Origin: Bacteroidales bacterium
GTDB lineage: Bacteria > Bacteroidota > Bacteroidia > Bacteroidales > UBA12077
Assembly: GCA_028282785.1 (NCBI GenBank)
Contig: JANQHE010000071.1
Coordinates: forward strand, 4,423 to 68,422
Reading direction: 5' to 3'
DNA: 64,000 nucleotides
This document shows positions 46,389-55,984 of this stretch, one piece after another (position 1 is the stretch's first letter; each line of letters starts with the position of its first letter). The notes beneath the pieces are model-generated. The model searched no databases. It was not told the DNA's origin and worked only from the letters and a program-made list of their open reading frames with translations. A program made the position numbers and the translations under genes.

Positions 46389-48443
46389 TTAATTAATGTT
46401 CTTTAATGCTTCTTCCGTAGCAACAATCATAGGTTTGATAGAAATATTTTCACCTACAGCTTGTTGCATCCATGTTTCCGGAGTTAAACGACCAATGCTC
46501 CATATTCTGTCTACCTCGTTCGAGAAGTCTTTTCCAACAAGATACTGTTCAATTTGGAAATCAATTAAATGACCAAACGAATAATTTGCAAGATAAAGCG
46601 GACTGGCAATCATGTGTGAATAGATTGCCAAAATAGGTTCATCCTGGATCCCATAAACCTCTGCAAAATACTTATTCCAAACTTCATTAGCAATGTTTAC
46701 GGTAGCTTCATTTAATTGCGCTGCTGTAGCATTAGGATTTTCATATAACCATTTCCAAACTTTCATATCAACCATTGAAACACCCATGATTTCAAACACA
46801 GACCAATGTAAATCCAAGGTTTCAAGATATTCTTTATCAGGATTCTCATTTTTAAAACCTAACAATTGTAAATCGCGTTTTTGGAAAATGAATGCCAATG
46901 CTTCGGTAAATGCAGTGTTTGGAACGCCATTAATCATGTAATAATCAACATCATGCAATGATATTGTTTGCTCAACATTGTGACCATACTCATGAACCGC
47001 AATGTTATAACCCTTATAATCCATTCCTTTATCAGAAATACGAGTACGAAGGTGAGCATTTTCAGCTTTCATTTGAGCTCCCCATGCATGACCCGAACCA
47101 CGGGCCGGATCAACAGTTACTTTTGAAGCGATGAATTCTGCACGATTCTTTTCCCAACCTAATTTCTTTAGCATATTATCCAAATCAGCCTCGAATGCTT
47201 TTGCATCCGGATAAAGAGATCTTGTTTTTTTATCTAAAATTTCTCCGGAAATTGAACTTCTTGCTTTAAAACCATCATACCAAATATCAAAGGGTTTTAA
47301 ATCTCTTCCCAGTCTTTCGGAAATAAGTTTACCAACCTCCTTTGCAACAGGAGATGATAGATACTCATCGAATAATTTCTCTACTTCTTCCTGGGGTATT
47401 TCTTTTGATCCTGCAAAAGCTCTTTTTATAAAGGTATTATAATCAGTATAATATTCATCAGCTGCTTTGTTAGCGTTGAAATTATCTATTACCATTTGAT
47501 AACGAGTATTAGGTTCGGCAGTGAGCTGAACTTCATTTCCCTCCTGATATACTTTATTAACCAGCGGGTTCCAGTCATAATCTCCGGAATTAATTACCTC
47601 CTCTGGAATGGTTTGGTTAATGATATGTTTCATAACCGTATAGATCATATCTTGCTTTTCAAGGCCATTTTCCTTATTGGCATAATTTGATTTTATCTCA
47701 TCGCGCAAATTCCAGTGAGAAAGTAGGACCATATCTTCAGAGAACAATTTTTTTCCATCGTTATTAAGAAGATGCCCCATGAAAATATTGTAATCGGCAA
47801 TATAAATATCAGCATTAGTTCCTGCCGCTGAAATTTTTTGAGAGATCTCAGCAGGAACACGAGCAGTAAAAACATCACCTAAACGCGCATAGGCCCATTC
47901 TAAAGAATTCCAATTCTTACCTAACTCATTTTTTTCATCCAAAGAGTAAGGAGGGTAGTTTAAAGCAATAACAAAAGCAATTTTATTTTTGTAAAAATCA
48001 CTTGAAAAATGCGCACCCGGACTATAAGCAGCAAACATAGCATCAATCTTATGTGGTACGCCTATATCCTCGTGTATATTTCTGTTTAGATCCAGTACAA
48101 CCTTGTTTTGATGTCCCCAAAGAGATTCGAAATTGTTTGATATTTTTTCAAATACCACTTTCTTTTCTTTGGCATCGGCAATAAAATTATTTAAACAGAA
48201 ATCTTTGAATTCTTCTGTTGTTCCATCAGAAGCTCTCCAAAGTGAAGCTACATGAGAAACTCCTCTTTTTATTAATTCCTGGTTTGCACCGGACTTTTCA
48301 ATAATTGCCTGTTGAGTTTCAGCGATTACCTGATCATTTATATTTTTTTGATCAGAGATTTGACTATTGCTATCTGTATTTGTACATTGACTGAATCCAA
48401 ATACCAGAAAAGCAAGAATAATTAGAAAACTTTTTTTCATCAT
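46389..48443 (-). CDS. Lipoprotein, putative gluzincin-type zinc metallopeptidase
   Basis: 684 aa. Lipobox LVFGFSQC. HExxH in IAVHEYGHNVEQ with a downstream glutamate in NTAFTEALAF. The specific family is not recognised. Confidence 0.55.
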   Translation of the reverse strand: MMKKSFLIILAFLVFGFSQCTNTDSNSQISDQKNINDQVIAETQQAIIEKSGANQELIKRGVSHVASLWRASDGTTEEFKDFCLNNFIADAKEKKVVFEKISNNFESLWGHQNKVVLDLNRNIHEDIGVPHKIDAMFAAYSPGAHFSSDFYKNKIAFVIALNYPPYSLDEKNELGKNWNSLEWAYARLGDVFTARVPAEISQKISAAGTNADIYIADYNIFMGHLLNNDGKKLFSEDMVLLSHWNLRDEIKSNYANKENGLEKQDMIYTVMKHIINQTIPEEVINSGDYDWNPLVNKVYQEGNEVQLTAEPNTRYQMVIDNFNANKAADEYYTDYNTFIKRAFAGSKEIPQEEVEKLFDEYLSSPVAKEVGKLISERLGRDLKPFDIWYDGFKARSSISGEILDKKTRSLYPDAKAFEADLDNMLKKLGWEKNRAEFIASKVTVDPARGSGHAWGAQMKAENAHLRTRISDKGMDYKGYNIAVHEYGHNVEQTISLHDVDYYMINGVPNTAFTEALAFIFQKRDLQLLGFKNENPDKEYLETLDLHWSVFEIMGVSMVDMKVWKWLYENPNATAAQLNEATVNIANEVWNKYFAEVYGIQDEPILAIYSHMIASPLYLANYSFGHLIDFQIEQYLVGKDFSNEVDRIWSIGRLTPETWMQQAVGENISIKPMIVATEEALKNIN

Positions 48444-48538
48444 GATTGTATTATATTTTGATATTCAAATATTATTTGAAGGGATAAAATTAGCATTTAT
48501 AAGCATGAATCAAAATCTTATAAACTAAAAATTAAGTT

Positions 48539-49801
48539 ATGGACAGACAAGATACTTTATTAGCCAAATACAATTTAGTTAGAAAAAGAACAGTTGAAAT
48601 ATGTGAACCTTTAGAGATTGAAGATTACGTTGTTCAACCCATAGAAGATGTCAGTCCTCCAAAGTGGCATTTAGGTCATACTACATGGTTTTTTGAAGTT
48701 TTTATACTTGAACCTAACCTTAAAAATTATCGGTTTTATAATGAAAAGTATAACTATATCTTTAATAGTTATTATGAAAGTCTTGGAGAGCGAATGGTTC
48801 GTATAGATCGTGGTAACCTTACACGACCTTCGGTTGAAGAAATTATTCATTACAGAAATATTATAGATGAGAATGTAGAGATTTTTTTTAGTACCAAAGT
48901 AGATGATCATATTCTTGATTTAATCGAATTAGGGATAAATCACGAACAACAGCATCAGGAATTGCTGATAACTGATATTAAATATATTTTAGGAAATAAT
49001 CCCTTATTTCCTTCATATAAATTACAATATGACAAGAAATTAGATGAACTGGCCAAATTTACCGAGCCTGAATTTCTTAAAGTAAATGAAGGAAAATTTG
49101 AAGTTGGATATGAAGGAGATGATTTTCACTATGATAATGAAGAAAAAAGACATAAAATTTACCTTAATGGATTTATTTTTTCGGACATGCTGGTTACTAA
49201 CCGGGAATATATTGCTTTTATTCAAGATAAAGGATATAAAAGATTCGAACTATGGTCTTCCGATGGTTGGGAGTGGAAAAATAAAAACAGTATAAAATCA
49301 CCCTTATATTGGCATTTAATTGATAAAGAATTTTATGAGTATAGCCTGATAAATGGTTTACATAAATTAAATCCTGATGCGCCGGTTACACATGTTAGTT
49401 TTTACGAAGCAGATGCATTTGCAAGATGGAAAGAGATGCGATTGCTTACTGAATTTGAATGGGAGGTTGCCGTAAACAAATACGCATTGGAAATGGATTA
49501 TAATCTTTCTAATTTTCAGGATAATAATTTATTCCATCCGCTGGCACGTAAGGAAAGCTCATATCAGTTAATTGGAGATGTATGGGAGTGGACTAACAGT
49601 GCATATTTACCATATCCCGGATATAAACAGGCAAAAGGTGCATTAGGTGAATATAATGGGAAGTTTATGATAAATCAAATGGTTTTACGTGGTGGTTCTT
49701 GTGCTACACCATTTGACCATTATAGAAATACCTATCGAAATTTTTTCCAACCTGATAAACGTTGGCAATTTACCGGTATAAGGTTAGCCAATGATATTTG
49801 A
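48539..49801 (+). CDS. egtB: EgtB-like sulfoxide synthase (DinB_2 + FGE-sulfatase/SUMF1 domains)
   Basis: 420 aa. DinB-type iron ligands PPKWHLGHTTWFFE and NHEQQHQELL. C-terminal FGE-like block GDVWEWTNSAY...RGGSCATP...YRNFF. Confidence 0.75.
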   Translation: MDRQDTLLAKYNLVRKRTVEICEPLEIEDYVVQPIEDVSPPKWHLGHTTWFFEVFILEPNLKNYRFYNEKYNYIFNSYYESLGERMVRIDRGNLTRPSVEEIIHYRNIIDENVEIFFSTKVDDHILDLIELGINHEQQHQELLITDIKYILGNNPLFPSYKLQYDKKLDELAKFTEPEFLKVNEGKFEVGYEGDDFHYDNEEKRHKIYLNGFIFSDMLVTNREYIAFIQDKGYKRFELWSSDGWEWKNKNSIKSPLYWHLIDKEFYEYSLINGLHKLNPDAPVTHVSFYEADAFARWKEMRLLTEFEWEVAVNKYALEMDYNLSNFQDNNLFHPLARKESSYQLIGDVWEWTNSAYLPYPGYKQAKGALGEYNGKFMINQMVLRGGSCATPFDHYRNTYRNFFQPDKRWQFTGIRLANDI

Positions 49802-49876
49802 TGATGATGTACTGATTTAGTTGTAATGAACTTTTAATTATAAGTTCCTGTTATATTTTATATAAACACTAAGGTT

Positions 49877-50170
49877 ATGATAAAAGCAGTATACAAAGGT
49901 AGGGTTATTGCTGAAAGCAATGATACCGTAAAAGTTGAAGGGAACCACTATTTTCCCTTGGAATCAATCAACAGGGATTTTTTGGAAAAAAGTGAATTAC
50001 AAACTATTTGTGTTTGGAAAGGTGTTGCCAGCTATTATAATTTAATTTTAGATGGTGAAAAATTGAAAGATATGGTCTGGTATTATCCGGACCCTAGCGA
50101 AGAAGCAAAATCAGTTAAGGATAGAATAGCTTTTTATCAGAAAGACGGGCTAAAAGTTATTGAAGAATAA
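49877..50170 (+). CDS. DUF427-domain protein
   Basis: 97 aa. VIAESNDTVKVEGNHYFP...CVWKGVASYY...VWYYPDP...RIAFY pattern. Confidence 0.65.
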   Translation: MIKAVYKGRVIAESNDTVKVEGNHYFPLESINRDFLEKSELQTICVWKGVASYYNLILDGEKLKDMVWYYPDPSEEAKSVKDRIAFYQKDGLKVIEE

Positions 50171-50179
50171 TTTCATCAT

Positions 50180-50225
50180 GTGACTAGTCCTAAAAAAACG
50201 ATACAGTTTTTTTAGGACTAGTCAC
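50180..50225. terminator. Bidirectional terminator, perfect 19-bp stem
   Basis: GTGACTAGTCCTAAAAAAA-CGATACAG-TTTTTTTAGGACTAGTCAC between convergent genes. Confidence 0.85.
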
Positions 50226-50299
50226 GTTTAACTCTTAATTTTGCCTTTTGCGTTTTTATAGTATTCATTATTCATAAATTTTGGTTCGGGTTTTAATAT

Positions 50300-51259
50300 T
50301 TAATTAATTGAAATTACAACACTTCCTCTTTTCTTTTCATTTTCAACATATTTATGCGCTTCAACGATCTCATTTAGAGAATATTTTCTGTCAATCACCG
50401 GTTTAAATTTCTGATCTTCAATAATTTTTTTAAGTGCAGCAAGGTCCTTAGCTTTTTTCATTGGGCTTCTTAAACCTGCAGCGATAAATTTTACCCTTTT
50501 TTTGCCAAATTTTGAGGTCCATAACATCTGTATCATCGTAGCCGGAGTTGGAACAGTTGTTAAATAAATACCATTTGGTTTAAGAATTTTTTTACAACGC
50601 GTAAAGGAAGATTTTCCGGCCACATCGAAAATGATATCAAAATGTTCATCAATTGTAGTAAAATCATATTTAGTATAATCTATAACATGTTCTGCCCCAA
50701 TTGAGCGTACCAAAAATAAATTATGTGTGCTACAAACACCATAAACCCTGGCACCATAATATTTGGCTATTTGAACAGCAGCAGTTCCGACCGAACCCGA
50801 AGCACCATTTATAAGTACCTTTTGTCCTTTACGGATATTACCTTTTTCGACAAGAAATGGTAAAGCCGTTAATCCACCATTAGTAACTGATACAGCTTCT
50901 TCGAAACTTAAATTATTCGGTTTAATAAAGATACCGGCATTCTCATTCATACATTTATATTCGGCATATGAACCCATGCTCATACCGGTATTTCCATAAA
51001 CTTGGTCTCCGGTTTTAAATAATTTTACATTTGCACCAACATTTTCAATCTCACCTGAAAGTTCCAAACCTAAAATTTTTCGTTTGGGTTTTAAAAAACC
51101 ATTAATTCCGGGCGATTTCCGCATTCCCGGATCTTCCTTTTCAACCGTTGTGGCATGAATTTTTATCAATACTTCATTATCCTTTGGAACAGGCTTCTTA
51201 ATTTCAGTTATTTTAAGTACCTCCGGAGGGCCAAATCTATCATAAACAGCTGCTTTCAT
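50300..51259 (-). CDS. NAD(P)-dependent medium-chain dehydrogenase/reductase (quinone oxidoreductase-like)
   Basis: 319 aa. GroES-like N-terminus (MKAAVYDRFGPPEVLKI) and Rossmann motif LINGASGSVGTAAVQIAK. Confidence 0.85.
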   Translation of the reverse strand: MKAAVYDRFGPPEVLKITEIKKPVPKDNEVLIKIHATTVEKEDPGMRKSPGINGFLKPKRKILGLELSGEIENVGANVKLFKTGDQVYGNTGMSMGSYAEYKCMNENAGIFIKPNNLSFEEAVSVTNGGLTALPFLVEKGNIRKGQKVLINGASGSVGTAAVQIAKYYGARVYGVCSTHNLFLVRSIGAEHVIDYTKYDFTTIDEHFDIIFDVAGKSSFTRCKKILKPNGIYLTTVPTPATMIQMLWTSKFGKKRVKFIAAGLRSPMKKAKDLAALKKIIEDQKFKPVIDRKYSLNEIVEAHKYVENEKKRGSVVISIN

Positions 51260-51504
51260 TATTTTAATTTCTTATTTCTTAATTTATCCTTATCAGGGTC
51301 ATACATAAATACTTCACTCAAACTTGTTTGAAAAATATAGGCGATGCGAAATGCCAGTTCCAGAGAAGGAGAGTAGTTGCCTTTTTCAATGGCTACTATT
51401 GTTTGCCTTGACACACCTGTTTTATCAGCCAGTTCTTGCTGTGTCATTTCGTTGGCATTAAATCTTAATCTTCTGATATTATTGCTTATTGAACTTTTAC
51501 CCAT
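51259..51504 (-). CDS. Small XRE-family HTH transcriptional regulator
   Basis: 81 aa. IRRLRFNANEMTQQELADKTGVSRQTIVAIEKGNYSPSLELAFRIA. Confidence 0.85.
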   Translation of the reverse strand: MGKSSISNNIRRLRFNANEMTQQELADKTGVSRQTIVAIEKGNYSPSLELAFRIAYIFQTSLSEVFMYDPDKDKLRNKKLK

Positions 51505-51964
51505 GCTTAATTCCTCTTTTATAAAAATATATTTGTGCTATACTCTCAACTATACTTGAAATAAAGCATGATGAAATTAATAACACAAACATTACCCAGA
51601 TATGCATTCCAATTGTTATAGCTCCCATTGCAAGGAAAAATATTAAGGATTGTACCCAACGTGATATTCTAAGTGATTTTAGTTCAATCAATTTATCCAT
51701 TTCATCTTCCGAAGTTGGCATGTCTTCATTTGTAATTATTTTGTTTATAATAGCAAAAATGATGTGAAGTATAATCTGAGCAACTATCATAATAGGGACT
51801 AGAATTATAAATGTTTTACCCCAGAACTTTAAGTCATTTAAGATCTCCGGGTTGCTATCTATATAGTTGTTATAAATGTATAAAGCATAAATACCAAGAA
51901 TTATTACTGTCGTGATTAAGGAAAACAGAATTCTATTTTCTCTTCGATACATTTTTTCTTCCAT
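51497..51964 (-). CDS. Four-helix membrane protein co-transcribed with the XRE regulator
   Basis: 155 aa with four hydrophobic helices. The 8-nt overlap with the downstream regulator gene matches a known membrane-protein/XRE pairing, but the family is not identified. Confidence 0.45.
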   Translation of the reverse strand: MEEKMYRRENRILFSLITTVIILGIYALYIYNNYIDSNPEILNDLKFWGKTFIILVPIMIVAQIILHIIFAIINKIITNEDMPTSEDEMDKLIELKSLRISRWVQSLIFFLAMGAITIGMHIWVMFVLLISSCFISSIVESIAQIYFYKRGIKHG

Positions 51965-52026
51965 TGTCTTATATATTTTACTTAATGTTAAATATTATCG
52001 ATACAAAGTTAAAAATAATATACATA

Positions 52027-52046
52027 ATGTCAAATATATTTGACAT
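52027..52046. promoter_or_regulatory. Perfect 20-bp palindrome ATGTCAAATATATTTGACAT, candidate operator
   Basis: Lies 63 nt upstream of the start of the 51964-50300 minus-strand operon that encodes the XRE regulator. Confidence 0.5.
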
Positions 52047-52147
52047 TAATTTTTTAAATTTATCATTTATAACCTAACTAGAATGATTTTACTTTTTTAT
52101 CTTTAAACGCTTTTTATAAGAATTTACCTTGTTTTAACATATCAGTA

Positions 52148-52855
52148 ATGGAAACTTTTAGAAATTTCAGATTTATTTTTTTAGGAACATTAATTATTCT
52201 CATTTTAGTAGGAGCTAGTTATAATGCAAAAGCTAAAAAAGTGCCGGGGTATTTAATAACAAACGAGGACGATACCTTGTATGGTGAAATAAAAATATCA
52301 CATTTTAATATTTTAACAGGAGACTTTTTGTTTAGAAGTATTTACATGGATCAGCTTCATTTTGAAGTTGTTTTTAGGGAAAATGATACTGGAAAATTCT
52401 CTGCATTCAAGGCAGGTGAGATCCTGGGATTTGGATTTGATCATAGGAAACAATCTTATATTTTTCAAAGTTTTATTCTAACATCCAATACTCCGCTTAA
52501 AAGAGAAAAGTATACCTCCCGTTTTTTGCAGTTATGTTACTTGGGAGAAGTGGCACTATATAGAGATGTAAACAGAATTGCTAATTATGATAATACAACA
52601 GAGACAGTTCCAATATTAACCGATGAAACTTTCGTATATTATGAGTATTACCTATATAACTTAAAGGAAGGTTTAAATAAAGTGGAGCCAAAAGAAGGAA
52701 TAAGTACGATCACGGATTTATTGTATTTATATAAACTTGAAAAGGAATTTATTGAGCAACTTCCAGGTTCTTATAAATTTAAGGACGTAAAACAAATCTT
52801 AATATCTTATGATATTTGGTTAAACCAACAAAGAAACAGAAAAATTAAAGCTTAA
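52148..52855 (+). CDS. Exported hypothetical protein
   Basis: 235 aa. Signal peptide FIFLGTLIILILVGASYNAKA. No recognisable motif. Confidence 0.4.
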   Translation: METFRNFRFIFLGTLIILILVGASYNAKAKKVPGYLITNEDDTLYGEIKISHFNILTGDFLFRSIYMDQLHFEVVFRENDTGKFSAFKAGEILGFGFDHRKQSYIFQSFILTSNTPLKREKYTSRFLQLCYLGEVALYRDVNRIANYDNTTETVPILTDETFVYYEYYLYNLKEGLNKVEPKEGISTITDLLYLYKLEKEFIEQLPGSYKFKDVKQILISYDIWLNQQRNRKIKA

Positions 52856-52944
52856 ATTTATACTTATACCGGGTTAAACAAGATCATTCATAAACCGGCA
52901 ATTGCAGAATTTACTGTTCCGGATTTCATATTAACTTTGTTTAA

Positions 52945-53904
52945 TTAGTACTCCAAAGGTAACCAATCGGCAATTCTTTTACCAGCCATTGAACCTGTCC
53001 AGCGAATACCGGACGGATCGAAATTTCCGTTTTCTTCAAATAATACTAAACCCGATACGATCATTTTAGATTCAATCTCAAAAAAATAGATTCTTAAACT
53101 CCCTTTATATTTAAGGTATTTATTATTGCTTTCATCTTCAACAACGATATCTTTATATTTGATCTTTTTGTTATCGGAATCTACTATTCTATATCGATTT
53201 CTTGATAGGTCATCATTCCATAAAGATCTAAAAAAATGCATCCTGGATCCATTATAAACATATTTTCTATTTTTATCTGTTAGCTCAATCTTTCTTGTTG
53301 GGTCCTCTTCGAAGATGAAATTCCCTGTAAAAAAAACAAATTTACTATCCCTGTAATATTCAAATTTGTCAAGGTAATAAGTTATTTTATACCCCAGGGC
53401 TTTATTTTCAATAATAAGAGGTTTTGATACATAAGCTTTAAGCGTATCTTCATCTTCAAAGTAGTTGAACGTAATATCTTCTTCATTAACTATTGCACAA
53501 TCCCAGGAGTTATCCGTCGTTCCCAAAAATTCTTCTCTAAACAAACGTAAGTGTTTTTTACGTAACCGAACCAGTGACTTGGAATTAATTACTGCTTCAT
53601 TTATATCATAAACTTTGGGAGTTAATTTTACTAAAAGATCTTCACCCTCGTATAGATCTTCTACAGATTTGGAGTAATATCCTATAGCACTACAAGTTAA
53701 AGCTTTGGTTTTATATTTTGTTATATCGATTTCAAAATCTCCATTTTCATTTGATGAAGTTCCCACAACGGTTCCACTAAAATAAATGGTTGCAAAAGGA
53801 ATTTCTTTTTGGTTATGTTTATCAATTATTTTTCCCTTTATAACCTGCCCATAGGTAAGGCTGTATAAGCTAAAGAATAAGATCCACAAGGTAATTTTTT
53901 TCAT
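52945..53904 (-). CDS. CarboxypepD_reg-like domain protein
   Basis: ATG at 53904 gives signal peptide MKKITLWILFFSLYSLTYGQ. VIKGKIIDKHNQKEIPFATIYFSGTVVGTSSNENGDFEI block. The C-terminal domain is of unknown function. Confidence 0.6.
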   Translation of the reverse strand: MKKITLWILFFSLYSLTYGQVIKGKIIDKHNQKEIPFATIYFSGTVVGTSSNENGDFEIDITKYKTKALTCSAIGYYSKSVEDLYEGEDLLVKLTPKVYDINEAVINSKSLVRLRKKHLRLFREEFLGTTDNSWDCAIVNEEDITFNYFEDEDTLKAYVSKPLIIENKALGYKITYYLDKFEYYRDSKFVFFTGNFIFEEDPTRKIELTDKNRKYVYNGSRMHFFRSLWNDDLSRNRYRIVDSDNKKIKYKDIVVEDESNNKYLKYKGSLRIYFFEIESKMIVSGLVLFEENGNFDPSGIRWTGSMAGKRIADWLPLEY

Positions 53905-54107
53905 AATTAGAATATTTATTATAATGTAGATTAACAATAACTCCGCTTCCCTTAATTGAACGTAAAGTTATATTATTAACTTAATATGTCCATTATTTTC
54001 AATAAAGCTCGTACAATATAAAACATCGTAAAACTGAATACAAGCCAACTTTTAATTGTGGAAATGCTTTAATAATAGTTTAGATAGGATCTTATAAATG
54101 CATAAAA

Positions 54108-55205
54108 TTACTCGTTTATTAACTCTTCATACATTTTCTTGGTTTTTAGAATAGTCATTTCAGTATTGAGTTCGGTCCTTATTCTTTCTTTTGATTTTTC
54201 ACCCATTAGTTTGCATAATTCACGATCATTGTATATGCGCATAATGGCTTTACTTAAATCTTTAGGATTTTTAGCACGAACAACCAATCCATTTTCACCA
54301 TGAACAACTAATTCCGTATTTCCGGGGATATCGGTAATAACAGGAGTAGTACCTAAGGACATTGCTTCAAGGACCGATTTTGTAATGGATTCACCTTTAA
54401 TTGAAGGTAGTACGAATGAATCGCATGCAGCAACTATATTTAACACATCTTTCCTAAATCCCAGTATATGTACTTTATCTGCCTTATCATCTGAATTTAT
54501 TATTTTCATGTGTTTGGGTATGTCCATATTTCTTCCGGCAATTAAAAGATGAATAGTTGCATCGGATGGAAGTAAGTTCATAGCTTTTAATAAATACGGA
54601 ACTCCCTTCATTCTTCTGTTGTTAGCGACATTTATCAATAAAAATGCGTCTTCGGGAATACCTAACTCACTCTTAATGTCAATAGGTTTATAATCTTCGT
54701 ACCACTTAATATCATGTCCCTTGTTAATGGTAACCGGAACTTTTGTTTTAAAGATTTTTTGTCTTCTGATCAGCTTTTCAACACCAATTGAATTACAGAA
54801 GACTCTATCGACCCTGGGATGTAAGTATTTTAAGTAGGCCGTAGGATCCCACCAATGTATATTTCCTGTGTAACCTCTATATAGTACAACTTTTACAGGT
54901 AATCGTTTGGCGGCTTTTATTCCGGTTTGTATGGCCCTGGAATTAAACAAGTGAATAATATCAATGCCATTCTCAATAATGTAATCACGCACTCTTTCTA
55001 TTTCAGAACGTTTACCTTTATGATCAGGATGAAATTCGACTACCGTTATACCGGCATCTTCAAATCTTTTTTGCATCTGTGTTCCGGGGTAAGTCATAAT
55101 GTGGACATTAAATCCCATTTTAGCTAACCCCATAAAAATATTTGCTTCGGGACGGGTTGAGTGATAATCTCTGTAGTTGCTTATAACCAGTACGTTGATT
55201 GACAT
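54108..55205 (-). CDS. Glycosyltransferase family 4 (GT-B fold)
   Basis: 365 aa. C-terminal EGESITKSVLEAMSLGTTPVITDIPGNTELV (E-x7-E-type motif). Confidence 0.85.
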   Translation of the reverse strand: MSINVLVISNYRDYHSTRPEANIFMGLAKMGFNVHIMTYPGTQMQKRFEDAGITVVEFHPDHKGKRSEIERVRDYIIENGIDIIHLFNSRAIQTGIKAAKRLPVKVVLYRGYTGNIHWWDPTAYLKYLHPRVDRVFCNSIGVEKLIRRQKIFKTKVPVTINKGHDIKWYEDYKPIDIKSELGIPEDAFLLINVANNRRMKGVPYLLKAMNLLPSDATIHLLIAGRNMDIPKHMKIINSDDKADKVHILGFRKDVLNIVAACDSFVLPSIKGESITKSVLEAMSLGTTPVITDIPGNTELVVHGENGLVVRAKNPKDLSKAIMRIYNDRELCKLMGEKSKERIRTELNTEMTILKTKKMYEELINE

Positions 55206-55321
55206 TTTTAGTATGTTAAGATTATTTTATAAAAACATGGCTAAAATAAGTTTTTTTTAAAGCAAACAGAGCGTTCTTAAGATAAAACTTATTTTATAGC
55301 AAATAAAGTGGGGGACTTATT

Positions 55322-55984
55322 CTAAAATTCAGGCTCAATACTGTTTCTTAACGAAATATAGTTTTCATAATCGTTTTTGTATTCCATTCTCTTTTTTACG
55401 GTTTCATCGAAGTTACCGTTTAATCCAATCAGTAGCTCCGTAACCTCACGAACAGCATTTTCTCCTCCCTGATTAGCACTTATATAATCGCATAATCCAT
55501 TATTTAAAATAAATTCCTTGAATAATGGACTTGCATTCCTTTTTACGCAAAAGCTCAGATTACAAATTTCAGCAGCGCTAAGATCCAAAATATCATCAAA
55601 AATAAATGCGGTTTGATCTAAAGAGAATCCATTTATATCAGCTAATTTCTTAATTGCTTCGCCTTTATCCTTAGCTTTTAGTAAAACTGCATTTAAATGC
55701 TCTCTTTTAGCAAAGTTTCTTGCAGTTAGATTATTCTCACCGGTAACAATAGCAACAAAAGGTAATTTATTGTGTTTTAGCCAATAACTAAAACGTAACA
55801 TGTTTATGCCCATTGAATCCGCTTCGGAAAATGGACTACCATCAGGATTGGATTTTTGCCCATTATTAAAAACACCATCCCAGTCGAATATAAAAGCATG
55901 AATATCTTTTAATTTGACTGAAATTTCGCGTGCAGGGTTTATAAAATGGCCTCCAATCTGTTCAAATTGTTTTTGAATACTCAT
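55322..55984 (-). CDS. HAD-IIIA phosphatase, KdsC-like (Kdo-8-phosphate phosphatase candidate)
   Basis: 220 aa. Nucleophile motif FIFDWDGVF, IVTGENN, FIFDDILD. Its start overlaps the stop of the upstream gene in the kdsA operon. Confidence 0.6.
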   Translation of the reverse strand: MSIQKQFEQIGGHFINPAREISVKLKDIHAFIFDWDGVFNNGQKSNPDGSPFSEADSMGINMLRFSYWLKHNKLPFVAIVTGENNLTARNFAKREHLNAVLLKAKDKGEAIKKLADINGFSLDQTAFIFDDILDLSAAEICNLSFCVKRNASPLFKEFILNNGLCDYISANQGGENAVREVTELLIGLNGNFDETVKKRMEYKNDYENYISLRNSIEPEF

